Source: Blastocatellia bacterium (GTDB taxonomy: Bacteria > Acidobacteriota > Blastocatellia > UBA7656). From it: a stretch of DNA of 64,000 nt. Positions within the stretch are counted from its first letter, which is position 1; each line of letters opens with the position of its first letter. Below, piece by piece: positions 22,429 through 31,869 of the stretch. The stretch covers positions 64,001-128,000 of the forward strand of contig CAVXWP010000006.1 of NCBI GenBank assembly GCA_963765495.1. Reading direction: 5' to 3'. The position numbers were made by a program, and so were the translations under genes. The notes below the pieces were generated by a model that was given only the letters and a program-made list of their open reading frames with translations, searched no databases and was not told where the DNA came from.

Positions 22429-23445
22429 TTAATTCCCTGTTAGCCACGTACCTTTAGTATTCGCGCTCAGGTTGTTATTGCGCAGCAGGTTGAGATTGCG
22501 AGGCGCGACCTCGAATTCAGTAACCGCTTCTCTGTAACCCTTGTCGCTTGATTGCAAATCGGGCGTTTCGGCGCGGATCGTGATGATGACCGAGCGAATG
22601 TTTCTGCGAACCGCGGGCGCAGTCTCTATGGTCTCGACCGGGACGCCGCCCGCGCCCGGCGTGATGATCCGGTATTTTATTTGAATATCTTTTATACCAC
22701 GGGCTATCGGGTACCAGTTCGTAAGATTCGCCGTGCGCAGTAGCTCGCCCGTCGTCGTGTCGAGCCGGTACGCAACCAGACTGTCGAGCACTGCCACCAT
22801 CGCGTTTGCGTAATCGGGCTCACCCGTGTCGCTGGTCGTGCCAAAGGCTGTCGGCGGGTTCAAATCGCTTGCGGCTGTGTGCGGCAGGTTGATCTGATTG
22901 CCCGAAAGCGTGGCGTCGGCCGTAAGCGAAAACACCATGGCTTTGTTGTCGTCGTATATGATGTATTTTCGCTGATCGTTTGCGAATGATCTGTAAACGG
23001 GCCGCATCTGATTCGTATGCAGATCGCGATAGGTGAAGTATGCGTAAGCCGGGCTCGTCGTATTCGGTTTGTTTACCTCCGGCGCTAGAGTCACCTGATA
23101 GGTCGAACTGTTTACCTTGACTCCGTCATTGAACGGCGCGAAAGGATCGCCGTTTACAAGCAGAAGCTGGTCGGGGCTGTTGCTTGCGCCGTCTATGTGA
23201 AAGATCGCGGAGTAACTGCCGTTTGGCCGGGGAAGCCCTACGCCGGCCGATTGAATATCACGGGTGAGAAAATCGGTCGCCGTGCGAAGGTTCTGATTCA
23301 TATCCGTAGAGCCGGACTCCGCGATATAGACCCCCTGATTGCGGTTCATCATAGCGAATATCCCGCCCAGAACGCCCACGGTCAGGAAAGCGGCCATCAT
23401 CAATTCGACAAGCGAGAATCCGTTTTCATCCTTTAAATTCATCAT
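22429..23445 (-). CDS. pilW: PilW-family minor pilin, cassette B
   Basis: ENG|FSLVELMMA, MNQNLRTATDFLTRDIQSAG, VAPRN. Confidence 0.82.
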   Translation of the reverse strand: MMNLKDENGFSLVELMMAAFLTVGVLGGIFAMMNRNQGVYIAESGSTDMNQNLRTATDFLTRDIQSAGVGLPRPNGSYSAIFHIDGASNSPDQLLLVNGDPFAPFNDGVKVNSSTYQVTLAPEVNKPNTTSPAYAYFTYRDLHTNQMRPVYRSFANDQRKYIIYDDNKAMVFSLTADATLSGNQINLPHTAASDLNPPTAFGTTSDTGEPDYANAMVAVLDSLVAYRLDTTTGELLRTANLTNWYPIARGIKDIQIKYRIITPGAGGVPVETIETAPAVRRNIRSVIITIRAETPDLQSSDKGYREAVTEFEVAPRNLNLLRNNNLSANTKGTWLTGN

Positions 23446-23459
23446 CGTGATACTCCTCG

Positions 23460-23930
23460 CTAAAACGAGCGCACAGTCGTCAGCGTAGTTGATTCGGGCG
23501 TATTGCCCCGGCTGGCCTGCACGGCCACAACGCGCACGGAAATGACCAGCGTGTCATCAAGCGCGTTTGCCGCCGGGTCCTGCTGGATCTTCCAGTAACG
23601 TATAAAGTTCGCGGATGTATCTGTCGGAGTCGTGACAGTTACGGCCCCCGTTTTATCATCTACCGAGATGCCCTCGACATAGTTGGCGACCTGGGTTGCC
23701 GCAGTCAGCCCGCCCCCGACGGCCAGACGGTTGGTCCCGTCGTTTCTTTCAGCCGCCATCAACTCTTCGATCTTTTTCTGAGCCAGCATGGTCGTCGAGG
23801 TGGACTGCTTGATAAAGCGATTCTGCGTTATGGCAAGCGTAAATAGCGTGGCGAGAAATACCAGCCCCGACATGGTTATGACTGAGGCAACAGCTACCTC
23901 GATCATCGTAAATCCGCTCTCGTTTTTCAT
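23460..23930 (-). CDS. pilV: PilV-family minor pilin, cassette B
   Basis: MKNESG|FTMIEVAVA after RBS AGGAG; LAQKKIEEL; IRYWKI. Confidence 0.82.
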   Translation of the reverse strand: MKNESGFTMIEVAVASVITMSGLVFLATLFTLAITQNRFIKQSTSTTMLAQKKIEELMAAERNDGTNRLAVGGGLTAATQVANYVEGISVDDKTGAVTVTTPTDTSANFIRYWKIQQDPAANALDDTLVISVRVVAVQASRGNTPESTTLTTVRSF

Positions 23931-23947
23931 CCGTTTGCTCCTATGGG

Positions 23948-24523
23948 CTATTTGCCTGTCTTTACCCATTGCCCATTCTCCCACCACCAGGTGCGCAGCC
24001 CGCCAACCGAAGAGAGCGTGATTGCGCGATAGGATTTGCCGTTGGTCAGATAGACCACGTTTATATCGCCGTCGGTCGTGACCGCGGGAAAGCCCCGCGA
24101 ATTGAAGTTCTGTCGAAAGACGTTTGTGTATCCACTGAGCGCCGGAAAAGAGACTACACTCGATACGGGCACGCCCGTCATCGGCGCGGTAACGCCCGAA
24201 GGCATCGCAAAATAAACACCCTGCGGCAGAGGGGTGTATTCGATATGGTTGATGCTGCCATCCGCGTTATAGACGACTATCCCCATTCTCAGCCCCGTTG
24301 TGTCAACCGCAAGCGATGATGTCTTGTTGTCGGAGATGGCCTGCAACTTTGCTCGCTGAATCATGTCCGATGTCATGCGCGCCGCGATGTTTAGCCTGTA
24401 CTCGCGCATCGCGTTGCCTATTTTCGGGATAGCCATCGCCAGTACGACGCCGATCAACAGAACCACGCCCGCAAGCTCGAGCATCGTAAAGCCTTGTTCT
24501 TTTTTGACGAACCTTCTAGTCAT
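23948..24523 (-). CDS. fimT: FimT/FimU (GspH-like) minor pilin, cassette B
   Basis: EQG|FTMLELAGV...AIP, YRLNIAAR, FNSRG. The ORF-track start (24568) overlaps the promoter, so ATG 24523 with GGAG is used. Confidence 0.82.
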   Translation of the reverse strand: MTRRFVKKEQGFTMLELAGVVLLIGVVLAMAIPKIGNAMREYRLNIAARMTSDMIQRAKLQAISDNKTSSLAVDTTGLRMGIVVYNADGSINHIEYTPLPQGVYFAMPSGVTAPMTGVPVSSVVSFPALSGYTNVFRQNFNSRGFPAVTTDGDINVVYLTNGKSYRAITLSSVGGLRTWWWENGQWVKTGK

Positions 24524-24551
24524 TACTTGTCTCCATGTGGCCTTATTGAGT

Positions 24552-24567
24552 TGCAAAGACGATGCCA
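24552..24567 (-). promoter_or_regulatory. Sigma-54 (-24/-12) promoter of cassette B
   Basis: Minus strand TGGCATCGTCTTTGCA: GG-N10-GC. Confidence 0.78.
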
Positions 24568-24758
24568 TTTCGATAAGGCAACCGAGATTCGCGAAAACAA
24601 AGGAAGTGATCCCCCAAATTATCCAGAGCGGTTCGATAGACGTTTTTAACCGGCTTCTAAGAGCGATCAGGAGTTTGTGAGGTGTTACCTGCGGATACGC
24701 TTTGTGGAACTTTATTTTTTCCCATTACCGATTTTAAGTACAAGAGTGCTCAATAAGG

Positions 24759-24902
24759 CAGCAATTCTCGGTTTAGAAATTCTGTCTTAACAAAAAGTGA
24801 ACCACGAAATACACGAAGCACACGAAATAGAAGAATTATTCGTGTATTTAGTCTGTTTCGTGGTATATCCCGGTGCGATTTCCTCTAAACCGAGAATTGC
24901 TG
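24759..24902. mobile_element. 144-bp MITE with perfect 19-bp TIRs and a 9-bp target duplication
   Basis: cagcaattctcggtttaga ... tctaaaccgagaattgctg; TCAATAAGG at 24750-24758 and 24903-24911; internal accacgaaa...tttcgtggt palindrome. Confidence 0.9.
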
Positions 24903-25056
24903 TCAATAAGGCGATTTTAGTTTTCGGGATTACCGAGAACGAATTTCGGGGCGGGGATAGGGCTCACGCCTGATCGGCTCTACAAGGCAATTTTCGCCGG
25001 TCTGCTGTGTTGAGTGATTGAGGTAAAGCCTACGGTCAAAGATCGGAGGCTTTATC

Positions 25057-25850
25057 TCATTTTTTGATTTGTCGCCACGAGGCCAGTTTTATCCTGCCCA
25101 CTGAATTGCCCTGATTGAGCGTGAGGACAAAGCTTCCCGTTATTGTATTTCTGTTTTTGTCGCCGTTTGGGCCTTCGACAAGCGAGTTGTTAACGTTGTT
25201 GTTGCCAAAGGCAATGACCTGTCCGTTGATGCTGCCGTTGCCGCTCAGGTCCACCTGCTCTCCGGAGTATGTAATCCCGGTAAAGCTTATGTCCGCGCTG
25301 AAATCGCCTCTGACTCTTATGTCTTCGACGGCGGCCATCAGCATATCGACCTGCACGAAGGGAGGAAGCAGGGGTGTTTGCAGACGGGTCAGATTTGCTT
25401 TCAGATTCGGATTGCCCTGTATATCAATCGAGCCGCTTGCGAATATGGTCACCTGTACTGCGTCTACGCCCTGGCCTATGTTGCCCGTGAGTTTCACACT
25501 GCCTCCGTTTGGCGTGCTGGAACTCGGGGTGGCTAAATTGTAATTATCACGGCCTACAACATAAACCGTATGCCCGTCTGCCTTTGGCCTGTGGGTTGTC
25601 GGGTCCGTGTCGTTTGAGATGTTCCAGGGGTTGCTGGCATTGTTGTATGACCAGCCGACCTCGGACGGGCTGGAGAGTCTTGTGGGGTTTCCAAGACCGT
25701 TTGCGTCGCGAGTTATCCTCAAAGCGACCGCGCCGGTTTGCTGGACGTTGTTCCCGCTGTTGGCACTGGAATCGAGCGCCGTGGCAAGCGCGACATAGGG
25801 TATATTGAGTCTTGCGGCGAGGGAAGCGAGTTGTATTATTCCCGTGTTTC
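25057..25850 (-). pseudogene. Orphan C-terminal part of another large PilX-like protein
   Basis: GSVKLTGN...VTIFASGSIDIQGNP...EQVDLSGNGSINGQVIA...KLASWRQIKK; the SW-x-basic end matches both intact PilX. The frame stays open upstream of the TTG at 25722 with no ATG or prepilin leader. 5' boundary approximate. Confidence 0.6.
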
Positions 25851-25873
25851 CGTTACCGTGATGGGTAATATTT

Positions 25874-25889
25874 TTGTCGTTAACGACAA
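25874..25889. promoter_or_regulatory. Perfect 16-bp palindrome, candidate regulator-binding site
   Basis: TTGTCGTTAACGACAA. Confidence 0.35.
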
Positions 25890-26055
25890 GTGCCGCGATG
25901 ATCGGGTGTGAAGCAGATTTGAAGAATCGGGGTCTGGCCGCGAGCGTGGCAGGGAAGAATTTATCGCGGGGTTCTGTTACACAATTCCACAGATGTAGAA
26001 CCTCTTAGTAGCGAATTTCAACCTTTTTTTTGGCGAGCAGACAATAGCGCCCACG

Positions 26056-26616
26056 TTATCTGGTTTCGTCGGTCTGGCAATCGCCGCCAAGGACGCGGTC
26101 TTCTATACATCGAAGCAAGCGGTCTTCGAGCACGCCCTTCGATGTGAGAGGCACCCATTCGCTGCCTGTGACCTGATCGGCCAGACCTTCGAATTTGGCA
26201 TATACTCCGACCTGAGATTTGGTGGGCGTTGTGGGGCTGATTTGAATACGCAAGACGTAACGGCCCTTTGCCCAGTTTCGCACGATCGCGGCGGGAACCT
26301 CGCAGTAATGCTCAAGCTGGCTCCGCGTAGTGATTCCCTTTATGAAGATAATCGGCTTGCTTATGAGAGCACATTCGCCCGAAGTCGGATTGCAATCCTC
26401 CTTATCGAGCGGTATCTCTCGCGTTTCGAGCATCTGCTTGGCTACGGTAAGCACTTCATCGCGCGAGGCGGAAATGATATAAGGATTTGGAAGCGGCTTG
26501 ACCGCCTTTGGCTTATTAAGCTGTATTTGCGCGCCGACAGTCACGACTGCGGCCAGCACGAGAATCAATCCGCGAATAGTTTTGCCGAAACGAAATGCGC
26601 TAACTTGATTTGACAT
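26056..26616 (-). CDS. Exported hypothetical protein (possibly BamC-like helix-grip fold)
   Basis: RBS GAGGGTG before ATG 26616; signal-like LILVLAAVVTVGA; GRYVLRIQI...VGVYAKFEG...SKGVLEDRLL. Fold is an inference. Confidence 0.7.
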   Translation of the reverse strand: MSNQVSAFRFGKTIRGLILVLAAVVTVGAQIQLNKPKAVKPLPNPYIISASRDEVLTVAKQMLETREIPLDKEDCNPTSGECALISKPIIFIKGITTRSQLEHYCEVPAAIVRNWAKGRYVLRIQISPTTPTKSQVGVYAKFEGLADQVTGSEWVPLTSKGVLEDRLLRCIEDRVLGGDCQTDETR

Positions 26617-26907
26617 TAACTTCACCCTCAACACATCAGATCGAGACTTGAACATTATCAGCGCCCGCCGGTTTATACAAGAGTGCCACCCCTGGATGAA
26701 CGATTCAGCCATCGGCAATTGCAAAAGCAGGGCAATACCGCTTTGCAAAATCCAGGTTTGGAAAGCGGAAACATGCTGCCTCATCCGTGGCCTGTTCCTA
26801 CGCGCCTGTCGCTCAAATCAACCTTTAACTCTATTGCCGCGTTATTGAGGAAATTGACGCTCATCGCGGCGCGATGCTAGACTTGACGGCTTGAATGGAG
26901 GTGTCAG

Positions 26908-27078
26908 GTGCCGATCAGTGAAAGATTGCTCGAGATACTTGCCTGTCCTGTCTGCAAAGTGAAGGTAGAGTTAAAGCCCGACGGGAGCGGTTTGAAATGC
27001 CCGAACTGCCGTCGCGTCTATCCCATTCAGGATGACATCCCGGTCATGCTCATTGACGAAGCGGTAATTGAGCAGTGA
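26908..27078 (+). CDS. Trm112-like / UPF0434 (YcaR-like) zinc-ribbon protein, 56 aa, below the ORF-track cutoff
   Basis: GGAGG RBS, GTG start; LLEILACPVCK...LKCPNCRRVYPIQDDIPVMLIDEA. Confidence 0.92.
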   Translation: MPISERLLEILACPVCKVKVELKPDGSGLKCPNCRRVYPIQDDIPVMLIDEAVIEQ

Positions 27079-27090
27079 GCAGATCAACCG

Positions 27091-28122
27091 ATGACGGCTG
27101 CCCGCGAAAATCCTGCGCTCGACTGGTCCGAGGTTCGTCGAGTTCTGCTCGTGCGATTGCGGTCGATAGGCGATACCGTTTTGATGACTCCGTGCCTTTC
27201 GGCCCTCAAATCCTTTCGACCTGATGCGAAGGTGGCCGTTTTGATGGAACCTCTATCCGCCCCCGTTTTGGAAGACCATCCGCTCGTTGATGATTTGCTG
27301 ATTGTTCGTCCGGGCGCGGCAAAGCGTGCGCGTCTTTCGGTCAAACTCCGCCCCATGCGATTCGATGTAGCCTTTAACATGCACGGCGGCACTACCGGGG
27401 CAATACTGGCGGCCGTCTCAGGGGCGAAAAGCACAATCGGCTATCGTGATTACGGCTTCTCGTGGATGCTTGACAAGCGAGCGCCTTCGCCCGATCAAAT
27501 ACTCGGGCGAGAGGGCCTGCACAGCGTCGATCAACAACTCGCGCTGCTCAACTGGTCGGGAGTTCCGCTCCCGCAGACGAAACCGAAATTGAGCCTGACA
27601 GTCTCAGACGCTGCGCGGCAAAGTGTGCGCGCACGGCTCGCTCAACTGGGGATAGACATCTCGGCGGAGGAGAAAAGATTTGCCGTGCTGGCTCCGGCAG
27701 CGGCGATGGAATCGAAGCGATGGCCGGCGGAAGGGTTTGCATCCGTTGCCGATCAATTGAGCAAAGATTGGAATCTTCCTTCTGTCATCATAGCAGGCCC
27801 CGGGCAGGAAAATATCGCTCTCGATGTCGCGCAGCTCGCGCGCTCGCCGGCGAAGCCTCTCACCGGGATCGGTTTGAAAGAATTGATCGCATTGCTTGAA
27901 CTATCCGGCCTTTTCATAGGCAACGACAGCGGCCCGATGCATATCGCCGCCGCTCTTGCCCGCCCCGTTGTCGCCTTATTCGGTTCGTCGAACGCGACCG
28001 TCTGGCATCCGTGGACTGACTCGCCTTATCGAATCTTACAGGCCGAAGACGGGATCAGGCAGATTCGGGCAAATGATGTGATCGCCTCGGTTGAGGAAGT
28101 GATTCGTGAAAATGATGCGTGA
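27091..28122 (+). CDS. Glycosyltransferase family 9 (LPS heptosyltransferase)
   Basis: RLRSIGDTVLMTP, KRWP, IGNDSGPMHIAAA, VALFG. Confidence 0.92.
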   Translation: MTAARENPALDWSEVRRVLLVRLRSIGDTVLMTPCLSALKSFRPDAKVAVLMEPLSAPVLEDHPLVDDLLIVRPGAAKRARLSVKLRPMRFDVAFNMHGGTTGAILAAVSGAKSTIGYRDYGFSWMLDKRAPSPDQILGREGLHSVDQQLALLNWSGVPLPQTKPKLSLTVSDAARQSVRARLAQLGIDISAEEKRFAVLAPAAAMESKRWPAEGFASVADQLSKDWNLPSVIIAGPGQENIALDVAQLARSPAKPLTGIGLKELIALLELSGLFIGNDSGPMHIAAALARPVVALFGSSNATVWHPWTDSPYRILQAEDGIRQIRANDVIASVEEVIRENDA

Positions 28123-28179
28123 TTTTCAGGCAAGATGCCTGTCAAAGACAACTTGCAAGTCTCACGCATCACGCATCAA
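28112..28179. repeat. GATGCGT-heptamer palindrome overlapping the GT9 stop codon
   Basis: tgatgcgtga ... tcacgcatcacgcatca. Confidence 0.8.
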
Positions 28180-28186
28180 GTCAATT

Positions 28187-29170
28187 ATGGATACACTCAC
28201 AAAAGAGAGAGCCGAAAAGATTGCCGAGCGGTTTGAAGGCAAGCGCATAGTTGTGCTCGGCGATTTAATGCTCGATGAATTCATCTGGGGACGTGTGCGG
28301 CGCATATCGCCGGAAGCGCCCGTTCCCGTAGTCGAGGTGGAAAGAGAAACGCTCGCGCTTGGAGGCGCGGGCAACGTAGTCTCTAATCTGGTAGCGCTCC
28401 GAGCCGCTCCCATCCCCCTGGGCATCGTGGGCGCAGACGCCAATGCTGATCGGTTGCGTTCGGCCTTTGACGCGCTCGGTGTGAAGTCGGAGGGGCTTCT
28501 CGTTGATGAGGCTCGCCCAACCACGCTCAAGACTCGAATAATCGCGCACAATCAGCAGGTAGTCCGCGCCGACCGCGAGAGCCGCCGGGCGATCAGCCGC
28601 GAGGTCGAAGACCGCGTGATTGAGCGATTTCGATCAGAGATCGAATCGGCCGATGCGGTTGTGGTCTCTGATTACAATAAGGGATTGTTGACGGCTACGT
28701 TGCTTGCGCGGGCGCTTGAGATCGGACGCGAGCGCGGACGTATCGTTTGCCTCGACCCGAAGATGCGCTCCTTCGATCATTATCAGCCGGTTACAGTCAT
28801 CACTCCCAACAATCAGGAGGCGGCCGAGGCGTCGGGCGTGATGATCGAAGACGAGGCGAGCCTGATTGAAGCGGGCCAGAGATTGCTCGGCTCACTCGAT
28901 TGCCGCGCTGTGCTTATAACGCGAGGCGAAGAGGGGATGACGCTGTTTACCCACGGCGAAGATGTGACTCATATACCCACGGTCGCCCGCGAAGTGTATG
29001 ATGTGACAGGCGCGGGCGATACGGTGATTGCAACGCTTGCGCTCGCGCTTTCGTCTGACGCATCGCTTGCCGAAGCGGCGATGCTTGCAAATCACGCGGC
29101 GGGCGTGGTCGTGGGCAAACTGGGAACCGCGACCGTCACAGGCGAAGAGTTGCTGGCAACGATTTCGTGA
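28187..29170 (+). CDS. rfaE1: D-glycero-beta-D-manno-heptose-7-phosphate kinase (stand-alone HldE kinase domain)
   Basis: GDLMLDEF.WG.V.RISPEAPVPVV, GGAGNV, SDYNKG, TPN..EA, VYDVTGAGDTVIA. Confidence 0.93.
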   Translation: MDTLTKERAEKIAERFEGKRIVVLGDLMLDEFIWGRVRRISPEAPVPVVEVERETLALGGAGNVVSNLVALRAAPIPLGIVGADANADRLRSAFDALGVKSEGLLVDEARPTTLKTRIIAHNQQVVRADRESRRAISREVEDRVIERFRSEIESADAVVVSDYNKGLLTATLLARALEIGRERGRIVCLDPKMRSFDHYQPVTVITPNNQEAAEASGVMIEDEASLIEAGQRLLGSLDCRAVLITRGEEGMTLFTHGEDVTHIPTVAREVYDVTGAGDTVIATLALALSSDASLAEAAMLANHAAGVVVGKLGTATVTGEELLATIS

Positions 29171-29190
29171 AACTGTCTGGGAGTCAAAAG

Positions 29191-29730
29191 ATGAGCGGCT
29201 ATTGCCTGGTTGCGCCGGATCACCCTTATCACGGACCTTATCACGCGAGCGAATACGGTTTTCCTCTTAGCGATGATCGAGGACTTTTCGAGCGCCTCGC
29301 GCTTGAGATAAATCAGGCGGGGCTTTCGTGGCTCACTATCCTGAAAAAACGAGAGGGTTTCCGTGCGGCCTTCGACCACTTCGACATCGCGCGGGTCGCC
29401 GCCTATACGGATAAAGACCGGGCGCGGCTCTTGAGCGATCCGGGCATAATCCGCAATCGCCTGAAGATAGACGCGGTGATCGAAAACGCCCGAAGGATTG
29501 CCTCCATCCGCGATAGTCACGGCTCGTTTGCCGCGTGGCTCGACCATCATCACCCGCTTGAGCGCGAGCAGTGGGTAAAGCTATTTAAGAAGACGTTTCT
29601 TTTTACCGGCGGCGAGATCACGGGCGAATTTTTGATGAGCACGGGTTATCTGCCGGGGGCGCACTCGCCCGCTTGCCCCGTCTATGATCTGATCGCAAAC
29701 AAGCGCCCGCCGTGGATGAGGCAAATCTAA
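29191..29730 (+). CDS. tag: DNA-3-methyladenine glycosylase I
   Basis: YH..EYG.P..DD..LFERLALEINQAGLSWLTILKKR, GIIRNRLKI, HSPAC. Confidence 0.93.
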   Translation: MSGYCLVAPDHPYHGPYHASEYGFPLSDDRGLFERLALEINQAGLSWLTILKKREGFRAAFDHFDIARVAAYTDKDRARLLSDPGIIRNRLKIDAVIENARRIASIRDSHGSFAAWLDHHHPLEREQWVKLFKKTFLFTGGEITGEFLMSTGYLPGAHSPACPVYDLIANKRPPWMRQI

Positions 29731-29821
29731 AGATGGATGTTTATCGCCGCAGCCCGTAGAATATAGGTTTCGGATTGTCGCGGTTGTTCGAGGGAATTAT
29801 TTATTGAAGGAGTCATAAAAC

Positions 29822-31138
29822 ATGAGCGCAGAATTACTCAGTAAAATCATCGAGCGGCGCGCCGTAGTCGGCGTGATCGGTCTCGGATATGTAGGTCTTC
29901 CACTTGCGGTCGAGTTCAGCCGTAGCGGGTTTCAGGTCTACGGCTTCGAGGTTGACGAGCCTCGCATAGAGATAATCAACTCGGGTCGTTCCTATATCCC
30001 GGACGTTCCTACGGAGATAGTCCGCGCGCTGGTCGAACGCGAAAAGCTTTCGGCCACTTCCGATTTTTCGAAACTCAGCGAGGTTGACGCCGTCATCATC
30101 TGCGTTCCCACGCCTCTTCGAAAGACCAAAGAGCCCGACATCTCTTATATACTCGCCGCGTCCGAACAGGTCCGAGCCAATCTCCATTCGCCTCAATTGA
30201 TCGTGCTCGAATCCACCACCTATCCCGGCACGACCGATGAGGTGCTGCTCCCGATGATGGAAGATTCGGGCCTTGTGCTCGACACCGATTTTTTTCTCGC
30301 CTTCTCGCCCGAACGCGTAGACCCCGGCAACAATCAATATCAAACTCACAACATTCCGAAGGTAGTGGGCGGCGTCTCTCAGCTTTCCACCGAAGTAGCC
30401 TCGGCGCTTTATCAAACCATAGTCGAGCGCGTGCATAAGGTATCGAGCGCCCGTGTGGCCGAAACGGCGAAGCTGCTTGAGAACACATTTCGCTCGGTCA
30501 ACATCGGGCTCGTAAACGAACTGGCGCAGTTGTGCTATCACCTCGGCATAGATTCGTGGGAAGTGATACAGGCGGCGGCGACAAAGCCGTTCGGCTTCAT
30601 GGCATTTTATCCCGGCCCCGGAATCGGAGGACATTGCATACCTCTGGACCCTCACTATCTGTCGTGGAAGGCGCGGCTGCACGGGTTCGAGGCCCGCTTT
30701 ATAGGGCTTGCCGAAGAGGTAAATTCGCGCATGCCTCACCACGTAGTTCAACTCACGCAGGACGGATTGAATGAACACGCCAAACCGCTTAAGGGATCGA
30801 ATGTGCTTGTGCTGGGAGTAGCCTACAAGCGAGACATAAACGATGTGAGGGAATCGCCCGCGCTCGGCATCATAGATCAACTGCTGCACAAGGGCGCGCA
30901 GGTGAGCTATCACGACCCGTTTATCGCGACGATGGACCTGGATGGAAAAGGGAATCTCTCGGGCGTAGACCTGACCGACGAGACGCTTGAAAAAAGCGAT
31001 TGTGTGGTGATAGTGACGGATCACTCTAAGGTGGATTACGCGAGAGTGCTGCGCCTTGCGCCGCTTGTTATAGACACGCGCAACGTGACTCGAAGGCTCG
31101 GCATGCCTGAGTATGAATCGAAGATAGTCAGACTGTAA
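29822..31138 (+). CDS. Nucleotide-sugar (UDP-GlcNAc/ManNAc) 6-dehydrogenase
   Basis: GLGYVGLP, CVPTP, ESTTYPGTT, SPERVDPG, KLLENTFR, GGHCIP.DP. Confidence 0.93.
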   Translation: MSAELLSKIIERRAVVGVIGLGYVGLPLAVEFSRSGFQVYGFEVDEPRIEIINSGRSYIPDVPTEIVRALVEREKLSATSDFSKLSEVDAVIICVPTPLRKTKEPDISYILAASEQVRANLHSPQLIVLESTTYPGTTDEVLLPMMEDSGLVLDTDFFLAFSPERVDPGNNQYQTHNIPKVVGGVSQLSTEVASALYQTIVERVHKVSSARVAETAKLLENTFRSVNIGLVNELAQLCYHLGIDSWEVIQAAATKPFGFMAFYPGPGIGGHCIPLDPHYLSWKARLHGFEARFIGLAEEVNSRMPHHVVQLTQDGLNEHAKPLKGSNVLVLGVAYKRDINDVRESPALGIIDQLLHKGAQVSYHDPFIATMDLDGKGNLSGVDLTDETLEKSDCVVIVTDHSKVDYARVLRLAPLVIDTRNVTRRLGMPEYESKIVRL

Positions 31139-31150
31139 GACACACGAAAC

Positions 31151-31230
31151 TTTAGACAGGATTAACAGGATTTTTAAGGATTCGACAAGCTTATCTTCTG
31201 GTCTTGTTAATCCTGCTAATCCTGTCTAAA
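31151..31230. repeat. Palindrome of 9-mer CAGGATTAA units
   Basis: tttagacaggattaacagga ... tcctgctaatcctgtctaaa. Confidence 0.85.
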
Positions 31231-31648
31231 AAATGCCCACGCCCTTTGATTCTTCCCCGTTAAAAATCAACCGCAATGTTCAGAGTATGTGTTGCTGAAA
31301 GGGGCGTTTCCAGAAGGTTCAAAGGATAAATCCTGATAGTGGCGCATTCAAATCACGCCTATGAATCCGGCGCGTTCCGGTTTGAATCGAAAATAATCAG
31401 GCTATGAATCGTCTGCCTGCGTCTAAAGATGTTGTTTGAAGCTCGAAGTATGTCTTGAACTGCGGCTGACCGATTCATGCACAGCCGACAGGGTGGAATT
31501 GTTGCGAATTTTTTGCAAAACCCGGAATCGGGTTAAGCCTAAACGTTGATTATGCAATAATACTTGTTCTGTTTCTCAAATAAGTCATGGTCCCGGCTAT
31601 AGAAACGCGAATCGCTCGTATGATAATTCACGATATGCTGTGAATGCG

Positions 31649-31869
31649 CCCCGGAGGGGCGCGAGTATGGTAGCCAGAGGCAAGCCGGAGACGCAGCCTC
31701 TGGAAATAGGCCCCATATTTGACTGCGCCCTGAAATGGCGCAAGGATACGATGAAGCAGGTTTTGAGGAAATCTCCTCGCGCCCTTCCAGGGCGCGGGCA
31801 TATTTAGACGATTGATCCAGTGGCAAGCAAAGCGCGGCCACTGGCTACCTTCCTTTGACCCCTCCGGGG
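31649..31869. repeat. Long multi-stem REP/REPIN-like palindromic element
   Basis: ccccggagggg...ggtagccag at left; ctggctacc...cccctccgggg at right; internal GC hairpins (gcgccctgaaatggcgc, cgcgcccttccagggcgcg). Confidence 0.8.

Noticed and set aside
12077-25890. Shufflon, DNA inversion or diversity-generating retroelement acting on pilX
   Set aside because: All pieces are co-oriented, no recombinase or reverse transcriptase is present, and I saw no shared crossover sites or adenine-specific template/variable repeat pair.
29834-31024. 396-aa antisense ORF
   Set aside because: It is the shadow of the nucleotide-sugar dehydrogenase and has no recognisable motifs. Similar shadows overlap xylA (39731..40444), both GMC genes and the TPR gene.
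31821-31836. Possible sigma-54 promoter TGGCAAGCAAAGCGC upstream of the zincin
   Set aside because: It has GG-N10-GC spacing but lacks the TTGC consensus and lies inside a repeat element.
31649-31869. tRNA or riboswitch
   Set aside because: There is no T-loop/D-loop consensus or recognisable aptamer, and the symmetric nested inverted repeats fit a REP-like element.
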